Assembly (NCBI GenBank): GCA_051294375.1
Contig: CM119266.1
Location: forward strand, 18,036,087-18,100,086
Direction of reading: 5' to 3'
Source of the DNA: Paraspadella gotoi
Lineage: Eukaryota > Animalia > Chaetognatha
DNA: 64,000 bases
The notes beneath the pieces are model-generated. The model saw nothing but the letters and a program-made list of their open reading frames with translations, searched no databases and was not told the origin of the DNA. A program made the position numbers and the translations under genes. This document shows, piece by piece, positions 50,467 to 63,448 of this stretch (positions are counted from its first letter, which is position 1; each line of letters opens with the position of its first letter).

Positions 50467-53400
50467 ATGGGGGACGCTTGGGACGAATTAGATCGAATGT
50501 TGGAAGAACCTTACAAAAGACCCGGCGATCGATACAAACGGGTGAGTCTCAGAGGATTACTTACCTTGGAAAAAAAAACCATTTGGGTGATCTTTAATGC
50601 GAATAAACAATAAAATGATCGCTTTTTGGGTCGGTCAAGTCTTAAAAAAAAACCTTCGCCCCCTTCCCCCCGTTACACGGTCTCACATTCTAAACGAAGC
50701 GAATTTATTGGTTGATCTACAGATATGAGAACCAGTCTCTCTCTCTCTCGAATTTACATTGAGTGATTCCTTCAGCAAGAAGCGCGAACCGCTTCTGCAA
50801 AAAACTTCTCGATTTCAGGTACTTGAGGTTTCCCGGTTTTAGTCTCTCACTCATCCAACTTAGGAGGAGCCCAAGGATGCTGACGACCTTTTTTTGGCGA
50901 TCCACGCTATCCCGTCTTTTAATTAATTTGCCTTTATTTTGGAAGGGAGGGCATAAAAATTACTGTACGCATAATAAAATTTCTTCATGCTCAATTAAAT
51001 TACATAGAAATATGATAAAAAAAACCAAACTTTTTCGTAATCAGATGTGAGAAAACTAAAAAAATACTACTATGTCTATATTTAAACATTTGACCAAACC
51101 TCTCTTGATACATGAGTAATGGATACATGGGTAATGGTCTATTGAGTTTTGTCTGTCGCCAATCTGACCGAATTGATTCCTCTTCAGGTTGTAATTGTCC
51201 TTTGGCGATAAATATTTCGTCTAATGCTGGGGAAAATTAGCTCCTTGTGGGATTAAATACTAAGAGATTTGCAATATATACATTTAAATGTCTTTTTTGT
51301 AATAATTAAGTGGTTCGAAATTTCTTGTTACAATAGAAAAAAAAATTGCCGTGACAAGGATTGAACCGGAACCTTTTGGTTTTTGCTCAGGCGCCAAAGG
51401 CCTCCCACTCGATTGGTGGACGGTTACATCGATGTAAGACCTCAAGACTTTAACATTGGACTTCATCAACATTTCTTCGTCTCAGTTTTAACTATTAGTT
51501 CTTTTATGATAGGAAAAACAAAAGTTTCTGACCAAAGTCTGACCTATTATACTATAAGACGTGGTGCTCTTCAGCTTGTGTAACATTAATAATATCACCA
51601 GAAAGTGCAAATCCATTAACTAAATCCATTTTATTGTGTAGGAAATATGACCTCTTCGCTTTGGGAAAGGGAATAAAGTAGCCCCTCAGTATGCAAACAA
51701 AACTGTAGGTGATAGGTTTGTATGGTAACAAGAGTACAGAATTCTAATTTAAAAAAAATTGAGATAGTAATTTTATTTGTAAATTCCCGTTGATATGGCT
51801 TTAATTTTTTTATTTGGTAATTATTGAAAGCTAGTAGACATAAGCATCAGTAAGATATATAAAATATATCGCTTTCAAAGGCGGTAATGCAGCCAAAAAG
51901 AGCTGTATCAACAATATATTATCAGTGTTTTAATTTTAAAAATCAAATATTTATAAGATAATTAATTCTTGAGGCATCTTTTCCTCCTCCCCCTTTTCCT
52001 CTGCGGATTCTTCACGTGTTTCCTTGGAATTCCCAGTCTCCTCCTCGCGCCTCCTATGGCGACCGGAAGTACGGGCGAGGGGTGTCGCCCTCTCCACCGC
52101 CGCCGCCTCGCCGCCATCATTCTCCGCCGCGGCGATCGCCGAGTCCACCCCCGCAGCGCCGCGGTCCTCCGCCGCCGCCGCGTGGGCGTCGCTCTCCGTC
52201 GCCCGACGGTCAATGGGATCGATCGCCGTCTCCGCCGCCGCCGCAGCGTCGACGCCTCTCTCCGTCTTCGCCGCCGCTGCAACGCAGGAAGATGGCACGA
52301 TCTCCGCTGCGTGGATCCGAGTCGCCGCCGCCGCCTCCGCGTCGATCGCAGCCCAAGAGGTCGCCGTCGCCGCCGACTTACAGGAAGGTGGGAGGACGAT
52401 CGCCACAAAGGAGTTCGCCTTCGCCGCCGCCGAAGAAGAGATTGGGAAGGTGAGTCGCGTGGTGGGGAAAGTGGTCATTTACAAAAAGAGTTCCTTAATC
52501 TTATTTACATATTTCAAAAGTACTACACTAATTTAAACTTTTTTTATCAATTTTAGTTCTAAAATGTTTTTATCGTCGCAATCGCTTTGCGTTTGCGACG
52601 ATTTTGCTGTGGTTTTGCACCTAAGTCGTCGTTGGCGGCGGCGTTCCAAATTATAGATCGCCTTTTTTATGATTAAATTTGGGTGTATGAAGCTGAAAAT
52701 TTATATACAGCTTCTCATCATCGATGTGCTTAAAATTGAGTCAGGGCAGTTATTAAATATGTTTGTTTACGTTTTATCAAAACAAACAAATTTTCTCTTT
52801 TATTTTTTTATTTCTTTCTCTCTCTCTTTTCTCTTTATATGTCTCTCTCCCTCTCTCTTTTCCCTAGTCACTGATTCTTACTTAGGGGAAAAAAACGAGT
52901 CTGCAGCTGGATCTGCAGGGGCTTATTCTTTTTCTCTCTTTTCTCCTGCTGCTTCTGCCTTTTGAGTCTGCAGCTGGCTCTGCAGGGGCTCTCTCTTTTT
53001 CTCTCTTTTCTCCTGCTGCTTCTGCTGCTGCCTTTTGATTCCTTTCTTTTTCTCTCTATCTCTCTCTGCGTTTTTATTGACAAAAAAATTCCTTTACGAT
53101 TAAACTCGTAAAATTAGGCGTCGCATTCATTTCATGTTATCATTTTGCTATCGCAACATAGGGTTTTTATTTCGGTTTTTTTTTTTTCAGGAGCTGCGTA
53201 TGCTGATTATTTATGTTTTGACAATTAAATTTTTTTCTTTTTTTTTTTCAGAAACTGTAACTTTAATTTTCCTCGGTACTTTATTTTTTTTTTTTAATTG
53301 ACAATCGCAAAATAGAATTTTCCTTTCTGTTTATAAATTAATTTTCTTTTCTCAAATTTTATTTTTTTTAGTATCAAAATTTGTCATCTATCCAGATTTT

Positions 53401-56400
53401 TCTTATGCGATTGCGACGATCCTTATGCTTTTAAGATTTTTTCTACTTGAAACAACCATATCTTAATTTTAATAATAGTCGTTATATTAAGAGTAATTCT
53501 AAACAATACTATAAAAGGTCTCCCTCTCCATCGCCACCTCCGATGCCAAAACGAGGGATGATCATTCGCCGCTCTCCCTCGGCGTCGCCTCCACCGCCAT
53601 CACCGCCGCCACCGCAGCGCGGCAGATACGGATCGCGTTCGCCGCCACCGAAGATGGGCGGCCGACCTTCTTCGAGGTAAGGGTTGGTTTTCATCCTCTT
53701 CTTAGATGTGCCTTACGAATTTCCCCAAACTTCTTAGATCTCCTGACCACAACGGAAATTCGCCGCCTCCGCCGCCAAAACGCTCGGCTCATGGACGCTC
53801 GCCAATGAGGTGATGCCAATATGATGAGGATAAATTAGATGATAATGAAGATTATTTAACATTGAATCCTCTAATCTCCTCCAGACGCGGGTCCTCCAAC
53901 GATCGACGCCGCAGCAACGATTCGCCGCCGCCGCCGCCGTCGCGCGGACAACAGAAGCGGACGTCTCCCTCTTGGTCTCCCCCCCGCTACGGCGGACGAA
54001 GCCCTTCCCCGCCCAAGGCAGCGAGAGCCTTTCACGGCGGGCGGGCAGACTCGCAGTCCCCGCCCCCGCGCCCGATGGGCAGAGCCCCGTCGAGGTCGCC
54101 GTCGCTGTCTCCGCCGAGAAAGGTCACTTCGTGGAAAAGGTGAATATTATATTATATTAAATATAATTATAAGTGGATGTAAGGAATCGACAAAAAGCGG
54201 ACCTGCTTTGATATACATGCATCTATTATTTTAATAAAAAAAATAGTTTGCTTTTTGTAATTTTTATAAAACAATGTAAAAGTGAATGATATAACGATTA
54301 TTATGGTTTAATAATTAGCCTGACTAAATCTTTAATCTTCTTTTTCCAGGAGTCCCTCTCGCTCTCCATCCCCTCCAGCCAATCCCCATCGCTCTGCTTC
54401 ACCCGGTCGATCTCTCTACCCAAAACCACCCAAGCGTCAGGCCTCTCCCTCGCCGCCTCCTCAGCGGAAGAACCTGTCTCCCTCTCCACCTCCCAAACGT
54501 GGGTGGTCTCCAAAAGGTGGTTCAGTTTCCCCACCACCTCCGCCCAAACGAGGGTGGTCGCCCGGGGATCGAGCTTCCCCTTCGCCGCCGCCGCCGCCGC
54601 CGCGGTCGGGTCGGAGTCCTTCGCCGCTGGGGAAGGCGCAGTCGCCGCCGGCCAACGAGATGGAGAGGAGCTTTTCTGGGGTGAGGATTTTTTATTTATA
54701 TTTCATTAGTTTTTTATTAATAATATTTTTTTATGTTTTTGTTAAGTAATTTTAAGATAGTTTATGTACATAAATTAAACTAAGTTTAATAGCAAAATTA
54801 TTATTTATTATTATGACCATGTTTAATTGAAACAGGCCGACGCCAAACCTACAGTCGAAAAAGGAGAGAAAAACTGGAAAGAAAATGGGGACGAATCAAA
54901 AGGCGGAAAACGTAGGAAGAGCAGGTGACTTTGATTCGATGAATTGTGCGAATTGTGGATTTATGTGTGAATGAACAATTAAATTTAATGAATGTGAAGA
55001 AACCTCATTGATAGGGAAACCAAGTACTATGGGAGTTCATAAACTACTTTAACTGAAAGCTTGCAGGGCCCTGCTATATTATTATCTTGTGTACGAATAA
55101 TGCATCACATCACGTCTTGTCCAGAATTCTGCCGAAAAGATGGCTTGTTAATGAAAAAATAATTTTATATTAGTAGAACCGATTTCATTTGATTCTAATC
55201 CTAATTTTCAGATCGAAATCGCCTAAAACGAAGAAGAGCAAAAAGAGTCGATCCAAATCTCCGGGCGGATCTCACAAGAGGTCGCCCTCTAAGAAGAGAT
55301 CTCGCTCGAGGGAGAGAGGGACCAAGGAAAGGAGGCGGAGCCGCTCCAGAGACAAATGGGGAGACAGAGATCGCGGAAGGTGAGAGGGAGAGAGAGAATG
55401 TTGACAAGAGGAAAAAAATCGAGCAACGCTGCAACAGTCGTTATTATTAGTGCGAAAATATCTTAATTCCCACTTCCTCATTCTCCCCAGATACGGCCCC
55501 CGATATGCCGCCGCCCGCTGGTCGCCCCCTCGCGGCCGCCGGGCACCGTCGCCCGATCGCCGATGGGGTCGCCCGGCTCGTTCTCCACCCAGACGGAGGG
55601 AGAGATCGAAGGAGAGAGAAAGGAAGCCGAGGAGTCCGTCCCCGGCAAGATCCCCGGAGGTGATGACTGTTGTTTTTCTTGTTGTAGACTTTGTCATCGT
55701 TGTCGCCGGCGCCGCGGTAATCACAGCGCCTCCTTGAAAATATAGCATATATTTTATTCCCCATTTAATTTTAATTATTCTAATTTGTTATTTGATGATC
55801 CGGTTCCCTTGAATCATCACATTTATTCTTACAATTAATCCTAGAAGTCAGTAAATTAAAACTTGCTGCTCAGCTTTCTTTTAATCTTCCTTCTTTCAAA
55901 ATTCTTCGATTTCCTAAATCCTTGCAGCCAACACCCGAGGAACGAGATTTGCGCACAGTCTTGTGCATGCAACTGTCGCCAAAATTGCGAGAGCGCGACC
56001 TTCGCGAGTTCATGTCCGCCGTTGGTCAAGTGCGCGACGTTCGCGTCATCGCGGATCCGCGGACAAAAAAGTGCAAAGGCGTCGCTTACGTCGAGTTCAA
56101 GGCGGCCGAGTCCGTCGCCCTCGCTATCGGTCTCACTGGACAAAAGCTCCTGGGAATTCCCATCCAGGTTGGGAGGGGGACTGTGAATTTTAGGGGGGAG
56201 CGGTGAATTCGAGGTGTTGGTTGTCTTGTTCATTTGTGAAATACTTAATTCAAATTTCCTCTGTTGCTTCTCTGCCATCTACTGGTCCCTTTCTTTCGAT
56301 GTTAATAGTAATGTGTTAACCCTCGACTGGAGAGTATATTGTATCTTCTTTTTCTTTCGATCAGGTGCTGCCGTCTGGTGCCGAGAAAAACAGGGCGGCG

Positions 56401-58237
56401 CAGAACACCACGATTCAAGGGGCTGAAACAGGACCTATGCGCATTTACGTTGGGTAAGATACACGATGGGTTTTTTCTCGTAGTAAATGTGACGTATTCC
56501 ACCGAACTAAATCTTTCTCCCCATCAGCTCCCTCCATTACAACATCACGGAGGCTATGCTCCGCGGGATCTTTGAGCCTTTCGGCGCCATCGACTCGATC
56601 AATCTCTTGAAGGATCCGGACACAGGCCTCTCGCGCGGCTACGGCTTCATCACCTTCACCAAAGCGGACGACGCCCGTCGCGCCATTGATCAACTCAACG
56701 GATTCGAGATTGCGGGTCGACCCATGAAGGTGGCCAATGTCACGGAGAAGACGGCCGGAGTGGGAGGGGAGTACAACCTCTTGGACGACATCGAAACCAA
56801 GGGCATTAATATGGGAGCAGCGGGTGAGTTTGGGTTAAAGGTAAGGGCATTTTAATTGTAAAATAGTGGAAGGGATAGGAAACGACCCTATTGTGGCGGT
56901 ATATTCACACCGCCTCGCATCCACCATCGTTCAGCCAATCCCATTGACTCAGAGGGGGAACGCACCATCCCAAGCGTTGCATTCCTAGGGTTTCCACGCC
57001 AGTGACTGGAGGCGTCACCGAGGGTCGGAAGCCCCCAAAGCCAACAGTGGGCATCGCAGGCAACCCAGCTGTTGCCATACTATAATATTAACTTTCCTCG
57101 CTGTCTCTTACATCTCCGAATCTTGACCTTCTCCTCCATTTTTTTGTGATATCCCGTCGCGTCATGTTTCTTCCTCGCTTTTTCCCTCCCCTCGATCAGG
57201 CCGCATACACCTGATGGCCAAATTAGCCGAAGGAACCGGATTCCAAATTCCCGCCGGCGCCGCTCAAGTTCTTCAGGCGACGAACAACCTGGCGGAGACG
57301 CCGGACGAGGCGGCGATGGCGGCGGAACTCGCCCGTCAGGCCCTCGCCTCCGTCGCCGACGCCAACGCTCAAGCAAAGGCGGAGGCGGCGGGCGTCACTA
57401 ACCCGCCAATCAACACCACCTGCTTCATGCTGACCAACATGTTCGATCCCGCCAGGTGTGACGAAGAATATTTTGTCTCTGTCCTTTTATTCGTTCATAC
57501 TTTCTTATGTTCATTCATTAATTAATTCAGTCTTTCTTTTATTTATTTCATTCCATTTAACAATTCAGTATTCATTCATTAATTGATTTATTCAATTTAT
57601 CCATCCCATTCAGCGAGTCCAACCCCGATTGGGAGACGGAGATTCGCGACGACGTGATCGACGAGTGTACGTCTCACGGCGGCGCGGTTCACGTGCACGT
57701 CGACAAAGCGGCGCCGCAAGGGAACGTCTACGTCAAAGTTCTCAACGCCACAACCGCGTCGCTCGCGGTCAACGCCCTTCACGGAAGGATGTTCGCCGGT
57801 CAGTGAATCTGTGACGAATTGTCACAAGTGCTCATTGGTTGACGGGGCGGGACTGAGGTTATGATTTCTTAGTTACTCGATGTGACCAGAAGCCTTTATG
57901 GTCTTTACTATACCATTGGATTGCTATTGCTACACAATTTCATTATGAATAATACAATTTTATTATTTATAAAGCTACGACACCTAATATATTTAGCAAG
58001 GACTTCAGCTACTATTGTTCAAAGGCCAGGATAGAGATGATATCTTAATCATCGAAGTCATTATAATTTTACAGAATATCACCGAATAATCTGTCAATAT
58101 TTTAGACATCCTTATCCCAAACTTGTCCGACCCCAGGTCGCGTCATCACGGCCGCCTACATCCCCGAAGAAAACTACGTGGATTTGTTCCCCGACTCAAG
58201 AAACAACTTGTCGTCGTTGAAGCCGAGTCGCGGGTGA
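50467..58237 (+). CDS. RBM39: RNA-binding protein 39 / Caper; exons ~50467-50541, 52037-52449, 53518-53676, 53738-53809, 53885-54139, 54350-54680, 54836-54924, 55212-55379, 55491-55659, 55928-56167, 56365-56453, 56528-56823, 57200-57455, 57614-57798, 58137-58237
   Basis: N-terminal ELDRMLEEPYKR; RRM1 TPEERDLRTVLCMQLS..KGVAYVEF..GLTGQKLLGIPI; RRM2 GPMRIYVGSLHYNITEAMLRGIFEPFG..NGFEIAGRPMKV; LMAKLAEGTG; UHM CFMLTNMFDP..WETEIRDDVIDEC..GNVYVK..RVITAAY. Confidence 0.96.
51340..51423 (-). pseudogene. tRNA-like fragment (pseudogene or SINE head)
   Basis: Minus strand GGTTCAATCCTTGTCACGGCA followed by a T-run. The 5' half does not give a convincing cloverleaf. Confidence 0.35.
52567..53442 (+). mobile_element. 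Complete HINE/DINE-1-like element in an RBM39 intron
   Basis: 5' T-run plus ATCGTCGCAATCGC, adjacent GCGTTTGCGACGAT, CT-rich core, 3' GCGATTGCGACGAT, terminal hairpin and T-run. Confidence 0.8.
56870..57080. other. GC-rich multi-hairpin intronic element of unknown type
   Basis: Six adjacent stems, including ATAGG/CCTAT, GGCGGT/ACCGCC, AACGC/GCGTT, GTGAC/GTCAC, GAGGG/CCCCC and CAACAG/CTGTTG. Confidence 0.5.
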
Positions 58238-59339
58238 AGGAGGACGGCGTTGGTTCGGACGGACGTTGGACGGGCGTCGCGGGTAGATAGCGATCTTCTC
58301 GAGTCTGGAACGGAATTATTGCGCTGTTAACTTTTGTTGTATGTTAAGAGTTTGGATCGTAGGTGCATTAGGATTTTCCTCTCTCTCCTCTTTTTTTTTT
58401 TGTCGATTTAAAGAAAAATTCGAAACTTTTTCAATCAGTTTTAGTTTTTTGTTAAAGATTATTTTAAAAGTGTTAAAACTCTTTAGTTCGACTGTTTAAT
58501 GTTTATAATTGTAGTTGCAATCCTGATTCGAAAAGTGATTGAAAACTGAAGTAGTAAATTTAATTGGTTAGTGTTATTATACCACAGCTTATTTGTTCAC
58601 TTATGTTTATTAATTAACTAACTTGATTTTTGAAATAGTTTTTTCCGAAAAATTGTACCGAAAAAAATTTCTAAGCATTTTCTAAGAATTATTTCAAACT
58701 TCTATGTTATCATCAGGTAATGGTGATCCAATTAGCGAAACGTTACGTGATTATAAGATAAAAACGAATCGAGCTAATTTCACATTTCTCGAAATTTTGT
58801 ATATTATCTGTGTCTAATCGGATAATAGTGAAAAATAACTTTCTTTCTTCGAATAAAAGTGAAATCTGTGTAGTGAAAAAGTCGCTTTTCTTTACACTCA
58901 TTGGCTCAGTTGAGAACGAAAAACAAGTTATCAACGCGGTAATCGCGAATCACAGAAACGCTATTAATAAAAGATGAAAGCCGAGTTGTGCTCAAACTTT
59001 AGTCTTCGGAGCCAATTTACGTTCTATTATGGAGAAACGTTATTTTTCGCTGAAGGAAGAGACATTTCTACCCGCAGGTCTTTTAAGTGTCACTCAGTGA
59101 GCGAAATCTTTTATAAGCTCGCCTGTCCTCGCAATGCTCTCTCCCTCCCAATCGCTGTACCCTGTAACCATTCCTTTTGAATTTCTATATACGTACGTAT
59201 AACTAGTTATTAACTACGTATATGCCCTTTATGGTCAAATAGAACATTCACTGTTTAATGTCTTCCCTGTCGGTGATTTTTATTTCCGTTAAAAAAATTT
59301 AATCCGGAAATAAATTTTTTTCGAATATTACCGCAACCA

Positions 59340-59440
59340 CACTTAACCCTTACTACCCTTTATCCTAGCTACCATTAACCCTAACCAGTAATCACCCTTA
59401 ACCACCTCTGACCCTAAATACCCCTAACCTTAACCAAACT
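59340..59440. repeat. Degenerate (CCCTAA)-like repeats, probably inside a small inverted-repeat element (~59269-59505)
   Basis: AACCCTAACC-like units flanked by GTCGGTGATTTTT / AAAAATAACTGAC. Confidence 0.45.
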
Positions 59441-60823
59441 TTGCCAGTGTTGGATATTATAAGAGGAAAAAAGTAATAATATATGCGAGTAGAAAAATAA
59501 CTGACTTTGTCGGTTCCAGTTGGCGAAAGGAAAATTGTAACAACTTGGGATATTAATCCATGAGAAACTTGCATGAATCCCGATGAATGCTTAACTTATG
59601 AGTTATGACATAATTTTCCGAAAACCTATGTTCTCCCGTTCGATGTCACTACAGTCCTTTTGGATATTTATTTCATCAACAATAAAAAAGTGAACATCGG
59701 TGATATCGAGCTACAACGCAAATCGCTTCGTTGCCTCGGATTAGCATCGCATTTAAAAGCGCACTTTAGTGCCTTTTCCGCTTGAGCAGAATTTATTGAT
59801 ATTTCGAATGTGCCGTTAAAAGTGATTTTAAAGGCAATATTACTAATTATTACTATATAGAAAACCAAACTTTCCGCACGCCGGTACGGATTCACTTATC
59901 CTTTTGAATCTCATTGTCACACTTTGTTTCACAGCTGTTTGGCGTAGGAGCGTTCAAGGTATTTGCTTTTAATTTCATTTTTTTAAGACGACGACGACGA
60001 CGATGACGACGACTTAAAAATCGTCTAAGCGGAATCATCCTTTATTTTTCATTTCCCTTCTGTCGCTGTCTCTTTCTCTTTTTCTTTCTCATTCTTTGTT
60101 CTTTTCTCTTTCCTCTTCTTTCCTTTCTGCATCAATAATCTCCTCCCGAGTTCGAAATACATCGATACCCTTCTCGATACCCTTCATCAAAACACGATCG
60201 CCACCTACCATCCCCAACCACCCTTACTCTCACCCCTCTTCCCCCTCCATCCCCCCCTCGCCCACCTGCTCACGTTTTGTTCTAATTTCCTACACCCCGA
60301 CTTTTTTTCCATCCTCTTTTACTCAACCTTATCTCCACCCACTTACAACTCCCTCCCCCAATTTTGCGTCCTCCGATCTCCCCTATCGATTTCGCCCTAT
60401 TCTAAATCTTCCTCCTCCTCCTCCTCCTCCTCCGCCCATATGTCTACGCGCAATCGATGAAGCGAAAAATCGCGGGAAAGAAAAAACCCGACCTTCGTTA
60501 GAAAAACACTTTTTCAATCTCTCTCTCTCTCTCTCTCTCTCTAAAAAAAAATCTTCCCGAGATATAAACAGTTCATAGCAAAAAGGAGTCACAGAAATAT
60601 CTCATCTTTTTGAATAAAATCTAAAAATTAAAAACAGTTCATTCTTTTTTTCATTTTCATTGATAGATAAGTAAGATGCTCAAACCCAAAGAGTTAATAA
60701 ACTGTGAAAGTCTTGATTGGAAGCTTGTGGGGTCCTTCTATGTTAATATCTTGTAAATGGGATGGAATCCTTCCCACCTTCCCACCCTCCCTTTTGCCTC
60801 TCCCTGCTCACCTTTTCCCTGCT

Positions 60824-60924
60824 CCCCTTCCCTTTCCCCCTATTCTCCTTCCCTTTCCCCCTATTCTCCTTCCCTTTCCCCCTATTCTCCTTCCCTTTCC
60901 CCCTATTCTCCTTCCCTTTCCCCC
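60824..60924. repeat. 21-bp polypyrimidine minisatellite (CCTATTCTCCTTCCCTTTCCC)n
   Basis: Four to five visible units. Confidence 0.9.
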
Positions 60925-61996
60925 GCTCTGTTTCCTTTTCCCCCCGCACCCCTTCCCATACCGACCTCCACGCGGCGAAAAGAATTTCGCACAAATTGCT
61001 TCTTTTTTTTTTCGCTTTCGAAGGAGATACGTTCCCCTCCTCTTCCGCCTCCTCCTCTTCCTCCTCCTCCTCCTCATAACCCACATTACCTTCCGTCGAG
61101 GCGGCCATGTTTTTATTTCCGTTAATCTGCTTTTTCTTCTGTCTGGTTGGACCTTTTCAGCGTGTGGTTCGAATTTTCTCTTTCTTTCTCTCTCTCTCTC
61201 ACCATCTTTCATATTTTTGAACCGATTTTGCCATTTGTACTCTCTCTCTCACACAAACTCTCTCTCTCTCTCTTTTCTCTACTTTCTCCCCAACCACGAA
61301 AACGGAAAAGCTTTAAACGCTACAAAGATTTTTTTTTTCTCTCTCTCTTTTTTCTCTCTTATTCACGCTGTTTTCTTTATTTTCTTTCTTTTATTATCCT
61401 ATTATTCCAACTCTTAGCATCAACTGGCTCTCGCTTAGAAAAACTAAGTGCATTCTCTCTCTCTCTCTCGTTTCCTCTTTTAGTTTTTCGCCAAATCCTC
61501 TTGGATAAAATGTCTCTTCTTTTGTAAAAGTTTTCTCTTCTTTTCTATTTTTTTTTTTTTTGAGAGAGAGAGAAAGTTTCTTTTCTTCTTTTCTCTCTTC
61601 TGTTGTCTCTTCCCTCTTACTTTCCCTTTCTGCTTTCGTCTAGTTTTCCCCTGTTCAATCTGTCCATGTCCATTGTCCAATTGTCCATATGTCCATGTCC
61701 CTGCTCGTCTACCTCTTCCTCCCACTTCCCGAAATCCGCTTCACTTCCAAATTTCAAATAAACGCGAAAATTTCTGAGACTCGAGTTGTTATTTATTTAC
61801 TATAATGACTATATATTTAAGAATGAGCGAAAGAAATGAAAAGCAGATCTCAAACGACCCAAAAAACAAAATAAGAAGAAAATATGAAGAAAAACAAAAT
61901 ATGAAGAACAAAATATGAACAAAATATGAAGAACCGCGGATCGGCGATTCGGCGTGCGAATGCAAAAAGGTTGCAAACGAAACGATTTGCGTGCCG

Positions 61997-62036
<40 letters not shown>

Positions 62037-63364
62037 GGCGTTCGGCAAGGTTAGGGGAAAAAAATGTCTCAGTATTGATTGAAAACAGTCTACGTCCTTC
62101 CGATGTTGATTTAGGACCGGGAGACTGTATGGATTCAAAACAGGAAAATGATGGAGGAGAATTGATTCTCTCTCTTTCTCTCTCTTTCTCTCTCTCTCTT
62201 TCTCTCTCTCTCTCCCTCCCCCTCTTTAAAGTTTTAAATTACATGGAAAAAACTTCCGACTTGGTCCTTAATGATATTTTTAATTGATATGCCCATTTCA
62301 AATACCTAATGTCCCATTTTTATTTTTTCATTTTAAATCTAAAATATTATTTGCATATTGCAGTAGTTTACTATTTTCAATTAATTTGTCATTTCGTTTT
62401 ATTACTTTTTTTGAAAATTTGCGAAGAGAAGTTTTCTTAGTTAATCTAATCCAATGTTTAAATTTACATTAAAATTCCTATTTCTTCCCATCAAAGGCGG
62501 AATCGCTCCGCGAAGGAAAAAGCCCAATTGTCTTGACGCTTTGAACTTCAATAATCTACTAATTTATGAATCACAGTTCCGAGATTTAGTTCCTCGAATA
62601 TTCTCGGGTGTTAACTCGTTATTCGTGATTTAACTTTTTGAGGAAGTCACTTTATGTGGCTTGGGTGGCATCTCTGACCTCATCACCAAAGTCCGGAACA
62701 TTTCTAATAGAATTATTGCATGTAGTTATTGACAGGTCTCGGGTAAAGATTAATAATCTCTTGGCTTAGTTTGAACGAATCTACAATAAACGAAAATTAG
62801 CTTTAAACATTACCAAAGTATGTCGTATTCTTATATTCCAAAACCGATAAATGAAAACTTGCGAATTAAATCGCTTCGCAAATTTTCCTTTTCGTCGATT
62901 TTTCTTGACGGGTTAATGGAGTTAATTCGTTTTGAACTTTCGGTCCCGAGTTCGAGCCTCTCGCTCTTCCCCTTTCCTTTTCGTTTTCCTAATTTGGTTT
63001 TTGATTGAAATAAAAAATTTTTAAGAAATTCTGTGTTTAAAAAAAATATCCGAAAGATGACAGGAGGGTCGTTTGAAGAAGAGGGATTACTGAAAAAGAA
63101 AAGAACATGGAAACCCTTCTAAAAAGGCATGGCAAACATGACGAACATGACCAACATGAACTCTCCCTAACTGTTTGTTATGGAATGTCAGTTGGAGAGA
63201 AGAAACTGGCTAAGACGGTACGATGTTAATTCCGATTCTCGTTTACATTTATTGTAAAATAAAATATCTACACTAACCCTCTGTAAAATTGTGTTTTAAC
63301 GACCCAGGATCGGAGCGATTGTCAATTTAAATAAGATTCAGATGTTATCTCAACCCCGGCCTTA

Positions 63365-63367
<3 letters not shown>

Positions 63368-63445
<78 letters not shown>
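63368..63445. repeat. (CT)n microsatellite
   Basis: Uninterrupted CT run. Shorter ones occur at ~4985, 16715, 61999 and 62167. Confidence 0.97.

Positions 63446-63448
<3 letters not shown>

Noticed and set aside
51951-52556. Ala-rich and Arg-rich alternative ORFs
   Set aside because: Other frames and strand of the RBM39 SPPP exon.
59340-59440. True telomere or interstitial telomeric array
   Set aside because: Short, highly degenerate and apparently enclosed by inverted termini.
60096-61527. Phe/Leu/Pro-rich ORFs up to 237 aa
   Set aside because: Produced by pyrimidine-rich simple repeats that lack stop codons, with no domain signal.
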